A stretch of 63,873 nucleotides of DNA, counting the filler, from Lama guanicoe (Eukaryota): assembly GCA_013239625.1 (NCBI GenBank). It is 81 parts of 77 records of this genome, joined end to end, with 100 filler letters (N's around TTAATTAATTAA, not from the genome) between each part and the next. Parts side by side here need not be neighbours in the genome. Positions count along the whole stretch, not along the records: positions 10,581 to 11,375 come from MU054679.1; positions 11,476 to 11,919 come from MU054679.1; positions 12,020 to 12,536 come from MU054679.1; positions 12,637 to 13,135 come from PNXV01009089.1; positions 13,236 to 13,678 come from MU054680.1; positions 13,779 to 14,283 come from MU054680.1; positions 14,384 to 15,320 come from PNXV01009092.1; positions 15,421 to 16,247 come from MU054681.1; 73 more parts are not named here. One strand, given 5' to 3'. The notes under the pieces were generated by a model that searched no databases, was not told where the DNA came from, and worked only from the letters and a program-made list of their open reading frames with translations. A program made the position numbers and the translations under genes. Shown here piece after piece: positions 10,581-22,719 of the stretch. Each line of letters opens with the position of its first letter. Position 1 is the first letter of the stretch.

Positions 10581-12536
10581 TATCATTCTTTCTGCTGACA
10601 CTCACTTCTCAATTACTAGCTTTTGAAAAACTGGGAACCTGATTCCATAACACTCGTTCTAACTCTTCCAGGCTTTTGCTCCTAATTTCCCCTTTGTTTT
10701 ATATATTTTGGAATCATACATCAAATATCACTTTCTAAAACTATGCTTGCTTCTATTAGGTAGAAGTAACTGCTCCACATTTATTTATTTCACCCTTCTG
10801 TCTAAGCATCGTTTGCTCAAAATACCTCTTACATACCTAACAGCCTGTTGTTGAAGGAAAATCAAAATGGAGTCAGTGTTGCTAAGAGTCCTCTCTAAAG
10901 TGGAGCTGGGAGTCTACGGAGGATGTGTGACTTACAAACATCTCAGCCAGGATGGAATCTGATCTTAGCTTTTACGCAGCAGAGGGGGAAGGTGAAAGTT
11001 TCTTTTGTAGTCATTTTGGCCTTGATTGTTTCAATTTGAAATAATATGCATGCCAAAGAGACATTTTGGAGTGCCAACAATTTTGCTTCCCTACAATGGG
11101 AAGATTACTTTTCCTTCCTTACACTTAATTTTAAAATAGCATTTGATCATTTTTAACATATCTGAAAAAAACGATTTTCACTTCACCAAATTTTGCCAAG
11201 TAATCTCAAATATTGATTCTATTTTTCTCAAGTTCACAAAAAAGTCTAGAATTTTGTGATTAAATATTTATGTTTACAATGATAAATGTTAGTTTTAATT
11301 TACAATTCTAATTGTAAATATCTCTTCTACCCACTAGCAATTTTTTTTTTTACTTAAGCATGTTGCATTGCATGTNNNNNNNNNNNNNNNNNNNNNNNNN
11401 NNNNNNNNNNNNNNNNNNNTTAATTAATTAANNNNNNNNNNNNNNNNNNNNNNNNNNNNNNNNNNNNNNNNNNNNAGAGTCAGCCAGTCTGCATGCAATG
11501 GATAATGATGCAGAATCCAACCCCCTGCCTCACTGAGTCACTGAGATTCTTGCCCCTTTTTCCTCCTCAAAAACTGTCATGGCTGAGCAGAATCTTTAGA
11601 GTTGGTCTCAGGACAGGAATTCACCTTCTTCCCAGACTGGCAAATTTTTCTGATTCAATTATCATTCTTTCTGCTGACACTCACTTCTCAATTACTAGCT
11701 TTTGAAAAACTGGGAACCTGATTCCATAACACTCGTTCTAACTCTTCCAGGCTTTTGCTCCTAATTTCCCCTTTGTTTTATATATTTTGGAATCATACAT
11801 CAAATATCACTTTCTAAAACTATGCTTGCTTCTATTAGGTAGAAGTAACTGCTCCACATTTATTTATTTCACCCTTCTGTCTAAGCATCGTTTGCTCAAA
11901 ATACCTCTTACATACCTAANNNNNNNNNNNNNNNNNNNNNNNNNNNNNNNNNNNNNNNNNNNNTTAATTAATTAANNNNNNNNNNNNNNNNNNNNNNNNN
12001 NNNNNNNNNNNNNNNNNNNCACTCCTCTTCTAGAGACAGCTTTGTTCTTTTTCTTAATTAAAAGAAGTAAGAATAAAAAATTAAGTAGTTGGCTTAAGAA
12101 TGACTAGCTCTCTACCCCTACCAACCCACTTAGCAATCTTGCAGGCAGATCATGTGGGCAAAATAGTATCTGAAAAGAGTCAGCCAGTCTGCATGCAATG
12201 GATAATGATGCAGAATCCAACCCCCTGCCTCACTGAGTCACTGAGATTCTTGCCCCTTTTTCCTCCTCAAAAACTGTCATGGCTGAGCAGAATCTTTAGA
12301 GTTGGTCTCAGGACAGGAATTCACCTTCTTCCCAGACTGGCAAATTTTTCTGATTCAATTATCATTCTTTCTGCTGACACTCACTTCTCAATTACTAGCT
12401 TTTGAAAACCTGGGAACCTGATTCCGTAACACACTTTCTAACTCTTCCAGGCTTTTGCTCCTAATTTCCCCTTTGCGTTATGTATTCTGGAATCATACAT
12501 CAAATATCACTTTCTAAAACTATGCTTGCTTCTATT
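10581..12536 (+). repeat. Three near-identical overlapping scaffolds (10581-11375, 11476-11919, 12020-12536) carrying ERV-LTR-like sequence
   Basis: 11660-11919 matches 10581-10840, and 11476-11836 nearly matches 12177-12536. LTR-like end ...ctgattccataaca; a second LTR-like start tgttgaaggaaaatcaaaatggagtc at ~10849. Confidence 0.75.
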
Positions 12537-12689
12537 NNNNNNNNNNNNNNNNNNNNNNNNNNNNNNNNNNNNNNNNNNNNTTAATTAATTAANNNNNNNN
12601 NNNNNNNNNNNNNNNNNNNNNNNNNNNNNNNNNNNNGATTTGTGACTTAGCTTGTTAGCCCAGCTGGGCTTTTCCTTCACAGTCTTACC

Positions 12690-13135
12690 GAAAAAAATTT
12701 TAAAAGATCTACATATATGGAAGACATCCCATGTTCAAGGAATGGTAGACAATATTGTTAAAAATGTTAAGACTCCCCAAAGTGATCTACAAATTCAATG
12801 GAATCCCTATCAAAATTCCAGCTGTCTTCTTTGCAAAAACTGAAAAACTGATCCCAAAATTCATATGGAAGTGCAAGGGACCAAGGTCAGCCAAAACAAT
12901 CTGGAAAAAGAAGAATGGAAAAAGAAGAGCAAAGTTGGAGGACTCACTTTAAAAGTTACTACAAATCTATAGTACTCAAGTCATTATGGTAATGGCATAA
13001 GTTTGGATACGTAAATCTATGAGACACAATAAAAAATCAAGGGGGGAATATTACATTTACTGTCAGTTTTCGACAAGAGTGCCAAAAACACTCCATTGAA
13101 AGAATACTCTATTCAACAAATGTTGCAGGGACACC
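12690..13135 (+). mobile_element. Old LINE-1 ORF2 fragment
   Basis: Peptide [47 protein letters not shown] is the conserved post-RT region of L1 ORF2p. Confidence 0.9.
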
Positions 13136-13235
13136 NNNNNNNNNNNNNNNNNNNNNNNNNNNNNNNNNNNNNNNNNNNNTTAATTAATTAANNNNNNNNN
13201 NNNNNNNNNNNNNNNNNNNNNNNNNNNNNNNNNNN

Positions 13236-14283
13236 CTAGATTAGTGTTTGACTGAACAACTGGGCACCAAAGCTTAAAATTAATGAAACTAATATAATCA
13301 TCACACTAGACCCTACTGTGAATGGATTTTGAAGAAGTAATTAAGATCCCAAATCAGCTGATCCTAAGATAGGGAGAATATTGGGATGATCCTGCATGAT
13401 TGCACCAGCCCTTTAAGTCTGGGTTTAGTGGTCAGACAAAGAGGAAATAAGATATGTTTAAATCTTAAGTGGTATTGAGCAGGAGAAATTTTCCATTGCT
13501 GGCTTTGAAACAGAGTGGGGCACACGGCAAGATGAGGGCAGGTAGCCCCTATTCCAGCTGAGGAAAATGGAAACCTCAGTTCCACAACCATGAGGAAATG
13601 ACTTCTGCCAACAATCGGAATGAGCTTTCAAACAAAATCTTCCTCCAAGCCTCCAGATGAAAACAGCCTGACCTGAGANNNNNNNNNNNNNNNNNNNNNN
13701 NNNNNNNNNNNNNNNNNNNNNNTTAATTAATTAANNNNNNNNNNNNNNNNNNNNNNNNNNNNNNNNNNNNNNNNNNNNAGCAACCCTATGTCAGAGAAAA
13801 ATCCTCTTTACATCTTCAATTTTATACTGAGCCCTGCTATTGAAAATCAGTGAGTAGAATGATTAAACCAGATATGTTGAAAGTCAGTAAGTGTCAGGAG
13901 TTAAGGATGAGACTGAGAGCTTTTAAGATACCAGCTCATACAATTAAGGAGGCTAGCAGTGTGGAATCTATAGGGCAGGACAGCAGGCTGGAAATTCAGG
14001 TATAGAAATAACGTTGTGGTATTGTTAGGACAGGCCAATGGGCTAAAAGCTCAGGCAGGGTTTCTGTGTTGCAATCCTAACACAGAATTTCTCCTTCTTT
14101 GGGAAACTTCAGTCTTTGTTCTAAAAGCCTTGAAATGATTGAATGAAGCCCATTCACATTATGTGGATGATTTGCTTTACTTTGTTACTGATTATAGATG
14201 TTAATCACATCTAAAAATACCTTTACAGCAACATCTAGATTAGTGTTTGACTGAACAACTGGGCACCAAAGCTTAAAATTAAT
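13236..14283. mobile_element. MLT2-like LTR (13779-14283, continuing into 13236-13305) and MLT1-like MaLR LTR (13315-13678)
   Basis: gatgttaatcacatctaaaaatacctttacagcaacatctagattagtgtttgac is an MLT2-type end; gtaattaagatcccaaatcagctgatcctaagataggg and cctcagttccacaaccatgaggaa are MLT1-type. Confidence 0.7.
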
Positions 14284-15420
14284 NNNNNNNNNNNNNNNNN
14301 NNNNNNNNNNNNNNNNNNNNNNNNNNNTTAATTAATTAANNNNNNNNNNNNNNNNNNNNNNNNNNNNNNNNNNNNNNNNNNNNCAGCAAAATGTGAGTCT
14401 CATTAGGCAATTTGCTCTGATCACTTTTTGTTGCCGGGAAAGGAGGAGGCTGGTGGGGGAGCTGGGCCCACCCACGGGCAAGGGGTCGGGGCCGCAGGGG
14501 AGGCGGCTGCCTGGGGGAGGTGGCGGCAGGACTTAGAGGTAAGACGGGTCACTATGACACTTCTCAGTGTGACTTACAAAAAGGGAGTGTTAGGAGCGAG
14601 CCTCACTAGGTTCTCCTCCAGAACCTGTTAGCTGGAAGGGGAGACGGAATGGACAGAGAGACGCTGCCAGCTGCCAGTGAGGGGCCCAGCCAGAGAACGG
14701 GGCTTTGTAGCCCGCTGAGAAAGAGCAAAGAGTCCATGTCTTCACTCGTGGGCAGGAGGCTTTTACTCTCTGGGCCTCAGGCCCCCCACCTGTCAAGCGG
14801 AGGGGTCAGCTCCAGTGGTCTCTGAGCCCCCTCTGCCCTGACACCAAGCCTAGTTTTGGTGTTTGGAGCACTTTCTTCCCTGAGTGCCCTGACCTGCCGG
14901 CCCCCAGCAGGCTTCAGTTTCCCACGGAGCATGGCTGTTTCCACAAGGCCAAGCAGAAAGAATTGGGTTACACAGAACTCATGGCCCAGGCCTGGCCGGG
15001 GAGGCCCGGCCAAGTTCAGGTAGGGTAAAATAGGGTCCTGCCTGGAGGTGAACGAAGGGTTACCTGGGCAGGGATTCCAGAGTTCTGGGTACCAGAAGCT
15101 TGGTCCAGAAAGGAGAGTAGGTGGGTGGGTAAGTTGTAGGCTCCTTGATACCGTCACTCCCAAAAGGGTTTCCAGAGCAGGGACTTTGCAAACACAAGGC
15201 TCAGGGCACGGGCCTCTCTTGACCAGCTCTCAAGGCAAGACTTGATGGGTCTCGGGTCTGGAGTCCCGCCATCAGCCTTAGCATCCCCCCACCAACACCT
15301 GGTTCTGAGGCTCACTGACCNNNNNNNNNNNNNNNNNNNNNNNNNNNNNNNNNNNNNNNNNNNNTTAATTAATTAANNNNNNNNNNNNNNNNNNNNNNNN
15401 NNNNNNNNNNNNNNNNNNNN

Positions 15421-16247
15421 ACCCACGCTAAAAGAAATATTGAAAGGGCTATTCTAAATAGAAAAGCAGGAGAATGCTACAGAAATGAGAAACTGACAAC
15501 TGGAAAGGTGATAACTCATGAACTGCAAATAAAGAAAACACGAAATTATAAAAGAAGACATACAAATCACTGAGAGTGGGAGACGGAGGCAGGGAAACAT
15601 AGAATTTTTTTCTAAATTTTTTTAACAGTAGTTTGGGTTTGAATGCANNNNNNNNNNNNNNNNNNNNNNNNNNNNNNNNNNNNNNNNNNNNNNNNNNNNN
15701 NNNNNNNNNNNNNNNNNNNNNNNNNNNNNNNNNNNNNNNNNNNNNNNNNNNNNNNNNNNNNNNNNNNNNNNNNNNNNNNNNNNNNNNNNNNNNNNNNNNN
15801 NNNNNNNNNNNNNNNNNNNNNNNNNNNNNNNNNNNNNNNNNNNNNNNNNNNNNNNNNNNNNNNNNNNNNNNNNNNNNNNNNNNNNNNNNNNNNNNNNNNN
15901 NNNNNNNNNNNNNNNNNNNNNNAATGGACTAAATGCTCCAGTCAAAAGACATAGGGTGGCAGACTGGATAATAAAGCAAGAACCTTCAATATGCTGCATA
16001 CAAGAGACCCACTTTAGGGAGAAGGACACATATAGATTGAGAGTGAAAGGATGGAAAAGGATATTCCATGCAAATGGAAAAGCCAAGAAAGCAGGTATTG
16101 CAGTACTGATTTCAGACGAAAGAGACTTTAAAACAAAGGCCATAAAGAAAGATAGAGAGGGGCATTTTATAATGATTAAAGGATTGATACAAGATGAGGA
16201 TATTTCACTCGTTAATATATATGCACCCAATATAGGAGCACCTAAGT
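15421..16247 (+). mobile_element. Young LINE-1: ORF1 3' end, inter-ORF spacer and ORF2 endonuclease domain
   Basis: PTLKEILKGLF* ends at 15457. An open frame NGLNAPVKRHRVADWIIKQEPSICCIQETHF...LVNIYAPNIGAPK (15923-16247) matches the APE-type L1 endonuclease. Confidence 0.95.
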
Positions 16248-16347
16248 NNNNNNNNNNNNNNNNNNNNNNNNNNNNNNNNNNNNNNNNNNNNTTAATTAAT
16301 TAANNNNNNNNNNNNNNNNNNNNNNNNNNNNNNNNNNNNNNNNNNNN

Positions 16348-16798
16348 TATTTTTGGACTCTTTATTTTGTTCTACTGATCTATGTGTTTCTTTAAGCACT
16401 GTATTTTGATGTATTGATTGCTGTAGCTTTGTAGTATGTTATAAATTCAGGGAGGGTAATACCCACAGTTTTGTTCATTTTTCAAAATAATTTTAGAAAA
16501 TTTGGGTCTTTCAGATTTATGTATAAATTTTATTATTATTCTCCTTGTTTTTTGAAGAAAATTATGGATTCTGTGAGAATGAAAATTTGCTAAAAGAAAA
16601 AACCTGAGAAAAATACTAAAGTGTGGAGGATAAATCATGCAATATTAACAACAAATGGATTGCTGTATAAATGAAAGAAATATAAATGAAAGAAAAAATA
16701 TATAAAAAAACATGACAACCAAAACAAAATCCATGAGGTATAGCACAAGCAGTATTAATAGGGATGCTTATAGCAAATTAATCCCACTTATACAAATA
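16348..16798. mobile_element. Rearranged old LINE-1, paralog of 5205-5653
   Basis: Colinear with 5205-5653, including the antisense/sense junction around atggattctgtgagaat. Confidence 0.7.
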
Positions 16799-18029
16799 NN
16801 NNNNNNNNNNNNNNNNNNNNNNNNNNNNNNNNNNNNNNNNNNTTAATTAATTAANNNNNNNNNNNNNNNNNNNNNNNNNNNNNNNNNNNNNNNNNNNNTG
16901 CCATTATGATGCAAGACACTTGGCTTACAAACATTTTAGAATTCTGAATTCCACTGATTGAGATTGGACCTATATCATTTCCAAATTAATACACAATAAT
17001 TCATTGTGTTAATATCTACATTGCTGATGATTTTGAGTCAATGATTTTCTGTTTCCACATATACATTTGTCTAATGTAAGGCAGTGGTTTTAAAACATGA
17101 TACAGCATGATGATTTTAACACAAAATTTCATGGGAACCTCAGTATAGGAAACAACATACAAATTCCTTAGATTTTAATTTTTGGTTGTAGAAAGGAAAA
17201 TAATAACTTTTATAGATGAATTTAAACAGCTCAGTAGAGACTTAAGATTCTGGGTTGAATGGACTGGAAACCATCACAATCAATTGCATAGCTCTGTGTT
17301 ACTATCTGAAAAATGGGCTTCTCTGGCTCTTTTCTCTCACACAGGTTTTTCAAGGACATTCAACCAAACCATGTATAAATGCCAGAATTTCTAGTGAGCC
17401 TAGAAGAAATAACAAATGAGCATTTCTCTTTTACTCAGTGAAAACCATAAGTTTAAATTCTCTCTTGCCCACTCTGCCCACCCTCTTTTGCTTTATTATG
17501 TCCACATGTGTGAGTTGGGAGAANNNNNNNNNNNNNNNNNNNNNNNNNNNNNNNNNNNNNNNNNNNNTTAATTAATTAANNNNNNNNNNNNNNNNNNNNN
17601 NNNNNNNNNNNNNNNNNNNNNNNGCAACAAGTCCACTCGAACACTCCAGCACTGGCTGTCACTAATTCTAACGATCAGAGAATCACTTGGCTTCTAGGAG
17701 GTTACTTTTATCTTCTGTGAAAGTCTACAGTTGCATCTAACGATGTATTGAATCTCATCATCCACAAACCCAAGAATTAATGAGGATTTCCCATAGGCCT
17801 GGCTCTGGACAGATGAAAAGATAGGGCCCCAGATATATTCATGGGTAGAAGAAGTTTATGCCATAAAGACATTAATTCTTCCTGNNNNNNNNNNNNNNNN
17901 NNNNNNNNNNNNNNNNNNNNNNNNNNNNNNNNNNNNNNNNNNNNNNNNNNNNNNNNNNNNNNNNNNNNNNNNNNNNNNNNNNNNNNNNNNNNNNNNNNNN
18001 NNNNNNNNNNNNNNNNNNNNNNNNNNNNN

Positions 18030-18165
18030 CTTTCTGATGTGATGAAAACGTTCTGGAATAATAATGGTTGCACAAATGTGAATATGCTAAAAGCTGCTGA
18101 ATTGTAACATTTAAGTGGGTGGACTTCATGGTGTGTGAACAATATCACAATAAAGCTGTTATATG
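18030..18165 (+). mobile_element. L1M 3' terminal fragment
   Basis: gatgaaaacgttctggaa...atggttgcacaaatgtgaatatgctaaaa...tgaattgtaacatttaa...caataaagctgtt. Confidence 0.7.
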
Positions 18166-18537
18166 AAAAAATCCTTCTTGCCAATTATTTTTCCCTCTAT
18201 ACTACTAGTCTGTTCCACAATTTAAGAAAAACAAAAAACAAAACAAAACAAAAAAAAACAGATTTTGCCAGGAGCTCTTTAGGACTGCAATGTCCCTGGG
18301 TCCACAACGCCTCGGGTGGTGCTGTTCCTGTTAACATACACTAGCTGGGCTGGGCTAGTTAGGGACTGTAAGTATCTTTTCAAGATCTATGGTCTCACGT
18401 TTCACCCTGGGAGAGTGAAGGATGGAGGATGTCACAGNNNNNNNNNNNNNNNNNNNNNNNNNNNNNNNNNNNNNNNNNNNNTTAATTAATTAANNNNNNN
18501 NNNNNNNNNNNNNNNNNNNNNNNNNNNNNNNNNNNNN

Positions 18538-19379
18538 GTATATTCTAAATTCTATATTCAGTATTCCGTATTCTAAATTCTATATTCTGTGTTCTGCACT
18601 CCATGTTCTCAAATCTATATTCAGTATTCTGTATTCTATATTCTAAATTCTATATTCTGTGTACTACATTCTATAATCTAAATTGTATATTCTAAATTCT
18701 ATATTCTGTGTACTACATTCTATAATCTAAATTGTATATTCTAAATTCTATATTCTGTGTACTACATTCTATAATCTAAATTGTATATTCTAAATTCTAT
18801 ATTCTGTGTACTACATTCTATAATCTAAATTGTATATTCTAAATTCTATATTCTGTGTTCTGCATTCCATGTTCTAAATCCTGGGATCTATATTCTGTTT
18901 TCAATATTCTACATTCTGTGTTCTAGATACTATATTGTGTGTTCTATGTTTTGCATTCCTTATTCTACATTCTATATTCTGTGTACTACATTCTATAATC
19001 TAAATTGTATATTCAGTATTCTGTATTATATATTCTAAATTCTGTGTTCTGCATTCCATGTTCTAAGTTCTGGGTTCTATATACTATACTCTATATTCTT
19101 TATTCTGTGTTTTAATTCTATATTCTATATTCTATATTCAGTATTCCATATAATATATTGTATTTTCTGGGTTCTGCATTCCATGTTCTATAATCCATAT
19201 TCGGTATTCTGTATTCTATACACAAAATACTGAATTCTGCTTTCCATTTTCTAAATTCTGGGTTCTATATTTTCTATTCTATATTCTATCTATACTTTCA
19301 ACATTCTATATTCTATATTGTATATTCTGAATTCCGTAGTCTATATTCTAAATTCTGTGTCCTAAATTCTATATTCTAA
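18538..19379 (-). repeat. Heptameric satellite with four perfect 49-bp repeats (18643-18838)
   Basis: Unit ctaaattctatattctgtgtactacattctataatctaaattgtatatt starts at 18643, 18692, 18741 and 18790. Confidence 0.95.
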
Positions 19380-19479
19380 NNNNNNNNNNNNNNNNNNNNN
19401 NNNNNNNNNNNNNNNNNNNNNNNTTAATTAATTAANNNNNNNNNNNNNNNNNNNNNNNNNNNNNNNNNNNNNNNNNNNN

Positions 19480-20860
19480 AACTCAGCTTGACTTCCCTAA
19501 GTTTTTCCTAGACCTAGCAGTGAGCGATTGTGGGGAATGGGCTCAAAAGCCAAGAATAAGCGAGTGCATCTCTGTTGGCAGTGGAGGATTTGAAACTTCT
19601 TCCCCAAACTTGGAACACCTGTGCCCCCATAAAGATGCGTGGACTCTGATTCCCCACCTCCAGCACACACACGGAGANNNNNNNNNNNNNNNNNNNNNNN
19701 NNNNNNNNNNNNNNNNNNNNNNNNNNNNNNNNNNNNNNNNNNNNNNNNNNNNNNNNNNNNNNNNNNNNNNNNNNNNNNNNNNNNNNNNNNNNNNNNNNNN
19801 NNNNNNNNNNNNNNNNNNNNNNNNNNNNNNNNNNNNNNNNNNNNNNNNNNNNNNNNNNNNNNNNNNNNNNNNNNNNNNNNNNNNNNNNNNNNNNNNNNNN
19901 NNNNNNNNNNNNNNNNNNNNNNNNNNNNNNNNNNNNNNNNNNNNNNNNNNNNNNNNNNNNNNNNNNNNNNNNNNNNNNNNNNNNNNNNNNNNNNNNNNNN
20001 NNNNNNNNNNNNNNNNNNNNNNNNNNNNNNNNNNNNNNNNNNNNNNNNNNNNNNNNNNNNNNNNNNNNNNNNNNNNNNNNNNNNNNNNNNNNNNNNNNNN
20101 NNNNNNNNNNNNNNNNNNNNNNNNNNNNNNNNNNNNNNNNNNNNNNNNNNNNACCAACAACCCAAGTGAATAACATTGCCCCCTGGAATATGCGTGGACA
20201 CGGTTTCTCCACCAACAGCACACACACGAAGAAGTTTTCTGGAATCCTGAGCATGGGGAGGCTACTCCAAATGACAGCAGCAACTGGGAACTTATAATAT
20301 CATTTGGCTTGCTTTCCATGAGTGTTTCCATGGGCCAGGCTGTGAGTGAAGTTGGGTGTCGGGCACTAAAGACTAGTAATAACGTGTGCCTCTCTCTGGG
20401 CAGTGGAGGTGTTTAAAACACATCCCCAAACTTGGAACAACTGTGACCCCCAAAAAATGCGTCGAATCTCTTTCCCCAACTCCAGCACACACACGAAGAA
20501 GTTTTCTGGAATCCTGAGCATGGGGAGGCTACTCCAAATGACAGCAGCAACTGGGAACTTATAATATCATTTGGCTTGCTTTCCATGAGTGTTTCCATGG
20601 GCCAGGCTGTGAGTGAAGTTGGGTGTCGGGCACTAAAGACTAGTAATAACGTGTGCCTCTCTCTGGGCAGTGGAGGTGTTTAAAACACATCCCCAAACTT
20701 GGAACAACTGTGACCCCCAAAAAATGCGTCGAATCTCTTTCCCCAACTCCAGCACACACACGAAGACGGGTTGAGGTTTCCTGAGTGTGGGGAGGCACCT
20801 ACATCTTACATCAGGGCCTGGCTTCTAATACAATCCATTAACTTGTCTTCACTGATGGCT
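19480..20860 (-). repeat. 267-bp satellite, diverged subfamily B
   Basis: Exact 267-bp duplication (gaagttttctggaatcc at 20231 and 20498) flanked by more diverged monomers; homologous to the reverse strand of family A. Confidence 0.88.
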
Positions 20861-20960
20861 NNNNNNNNNNNNNNNNNNNNNNNNNNNNNNNNNNNNNNNN
20901 NNNNTTAATTAATTAANNNNNNNNNNNNNNNNNNNNNNNNNNNNNNNNNNNNNNNNNNNN

Positions 20961-22093
20961 ACGAGTGTATTGTCTTCATCTTGTATCTCTCCTTTAATCA
21001 TTATAAAATTCCCCTCTTTATCTATCTTTATGGCCTTTGTTTTAAAGTCTATTTTGTCTGAAATCAGTACTGCAACACCTGCTTTTTTGGCTTTTCCAAT
21101 TGCATGGAATATCCTTTTCCATCCTTTCACTCTCAATCTATATGTGTCCTTCTCCCTAAAGTGGGTCTCTTGTATGCAGCATATTGAAGGTTCTTNNNNN
21201 NNNNNNNNNNNNNNNNNNNNNNNNNNNNNNNNNNNNNNNNNNNNNNNNNNNNNNNNNNNNNNNNNNNNNNNNNNNNNNNNNNNNNNNNNNNNNNNNNNNN
21301 NNNNNNNNNNNNNNNNNNNNNNNNNNNNNNNNNNNNNNNNNNNNNNNNNNNNNNNNNNNNNNNNNNNNNNNNNNNNNNNNNNNNNNNNNNNNNNNNNNNN
21401 NNNNNNNNNNNNNNNNNNNNNNNNNNNNNNNNNNNNNNNNNNNNNNNNNNNNNNNNNNNNNNNNNNNNNNNNNNNNNNNNNNNNNNNNNNNNNNNNNNNN
21501 NNNNNNNNNNNNNNNNNNNNNNNNNNNNNNNNNNNNNNNNNNNNNNNNNNNNNNNNNNNNNNNNNNNNNNNNNNNNNNNNNNNNNNNNNNNNNNNNNNNN
21601 NNNNNNNNNNNNNNNNNNNNNNNNNNNNNNNNNNNNNNNNNNNNNNNNNNNNNNNNNNNNNNNNNNNNNNNNNNNNNNNNNNNNNNNNNNNNNNNNNNNN
21701 NNNNNNNNNNNNNNNNNNNNNNNNNNNNNNNNNNNNNNNNNNNNNNNNNNNNNNNNNNNNNNNNNNNNNNNNNNNNNNNNNNNNNNNNNNNNNNNNNNNG
21801 ATAGCCTTGCTGGATAAAGTATCCTAGGCTGCATCTTTTTTTCATTCACGGCTTTGAATATATCTTTCCACTCCCTTCTGGCCTGTAGTGTTTGTGTAGA
21901 AAAATAAGCTGAGAGCCTTATGGGGGTTCCCTTGTAATTCACTCTTTGCTTTTCTCTTGCTGCCTTTAGAATCATTTCTTTATCCTTGACTCTGGCCATC
22001 TTGATTATGATATTTTTTGGCGTGGGTCTATTTGGATTCTTCCGGTTTGGGACCCTCTGAGCTTCCTGTACTTGGATATCTGATTCCTTCTTT
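20961..22093 (-). mobile_element. Young LINE-1: ORF1 C-terminal half (21800-22093) and ORF2 endonuclease (20961-21195)
   Basis: MARVKDKEMILKAAREKQRVNYKGTPIRLSAYFSTQTLQARREWKDIFK...PRILYPARL (ORF1p) and RVKGWKRIFHAIGKAKKAGVAVLISDKIDFK (EN); near-identical to 15923-16247. Confidence 0.95.
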
Positions 22094-22193
22094 NNNNNNN
22101 NNNNNNNNNNNNNNNNNNNNNNNNNNNNNNNNNNNNNTTAATTAATTAANNNNNNNNNNNNNNNNNNNNNNNNNNNNNNNNNNNNNNNNNNNN

Positions 22194-22719
22194 TCGAACC
22201 AATTTTTAAATTTGCCAAGGATTTAAATAGATACACAATTGGTCAATAAGCATATGAAGAGATGCTCAGCATCACTAGCCAAATCAAAATCAAATGAGAT
22301 CTCATTTTACACTCACCAGGATGGTTATAATCAAAACATGGATAATAACAAGTGTTGGTCAGGAGGCAGAGAAATGGGAACACTCAATACGCAGCCGCTG
22401 GAAAGCGGCAATGGTGCAGCTCTTTGGAAAAGCCCAGTGTTTCCTCAAAAGGTTAGAGTTATATGGCTCAGTAATTCCACTTCTACATAAACAGACATCC
22501 CTCAGTATCCTCGGGGTGTTGATTTCAGGAACACCCCACCCTGGATACCATAATCCAAGGATGTTCGAGTCACTTTACAATCAGCCATCTGGATCCAAGA
22601 AGTGGAAACTACAGATGTGGCGGGCCAACTGTACAGCCAACAGAATGAAAACATAAGATATTCTCACAATATCTTTCACATCAATCTTCATAGCAGTGTC
22701 ATTCTGAGTAGCCAAAGGT
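22194..22719 (+). mobile_element. Old LINE-1 3' fragment
   Basis: ggtcaataagcatatgaagagatgctcagcatcactag, caagtgttggtcaggagg and cagtaattccacttct motifs. Confidence 0.75.
22492..22631. mobile_element. MER2/Tigger-type non-autonomous DNA transposon inserted in the old L1
   Basis: Degenerate TIRs cagacatccctcagtatcc ... gatgtggcgggccaactg followed by TA; internal gataccataatccaaggatgttcgagtc is MER2-like. Confidence 0.6.

Noticed and set aside
14384..15320. GC-rich unique scaffold with several short ORFs
   Set aside because: No recognisable protein motif in any frame I examined.
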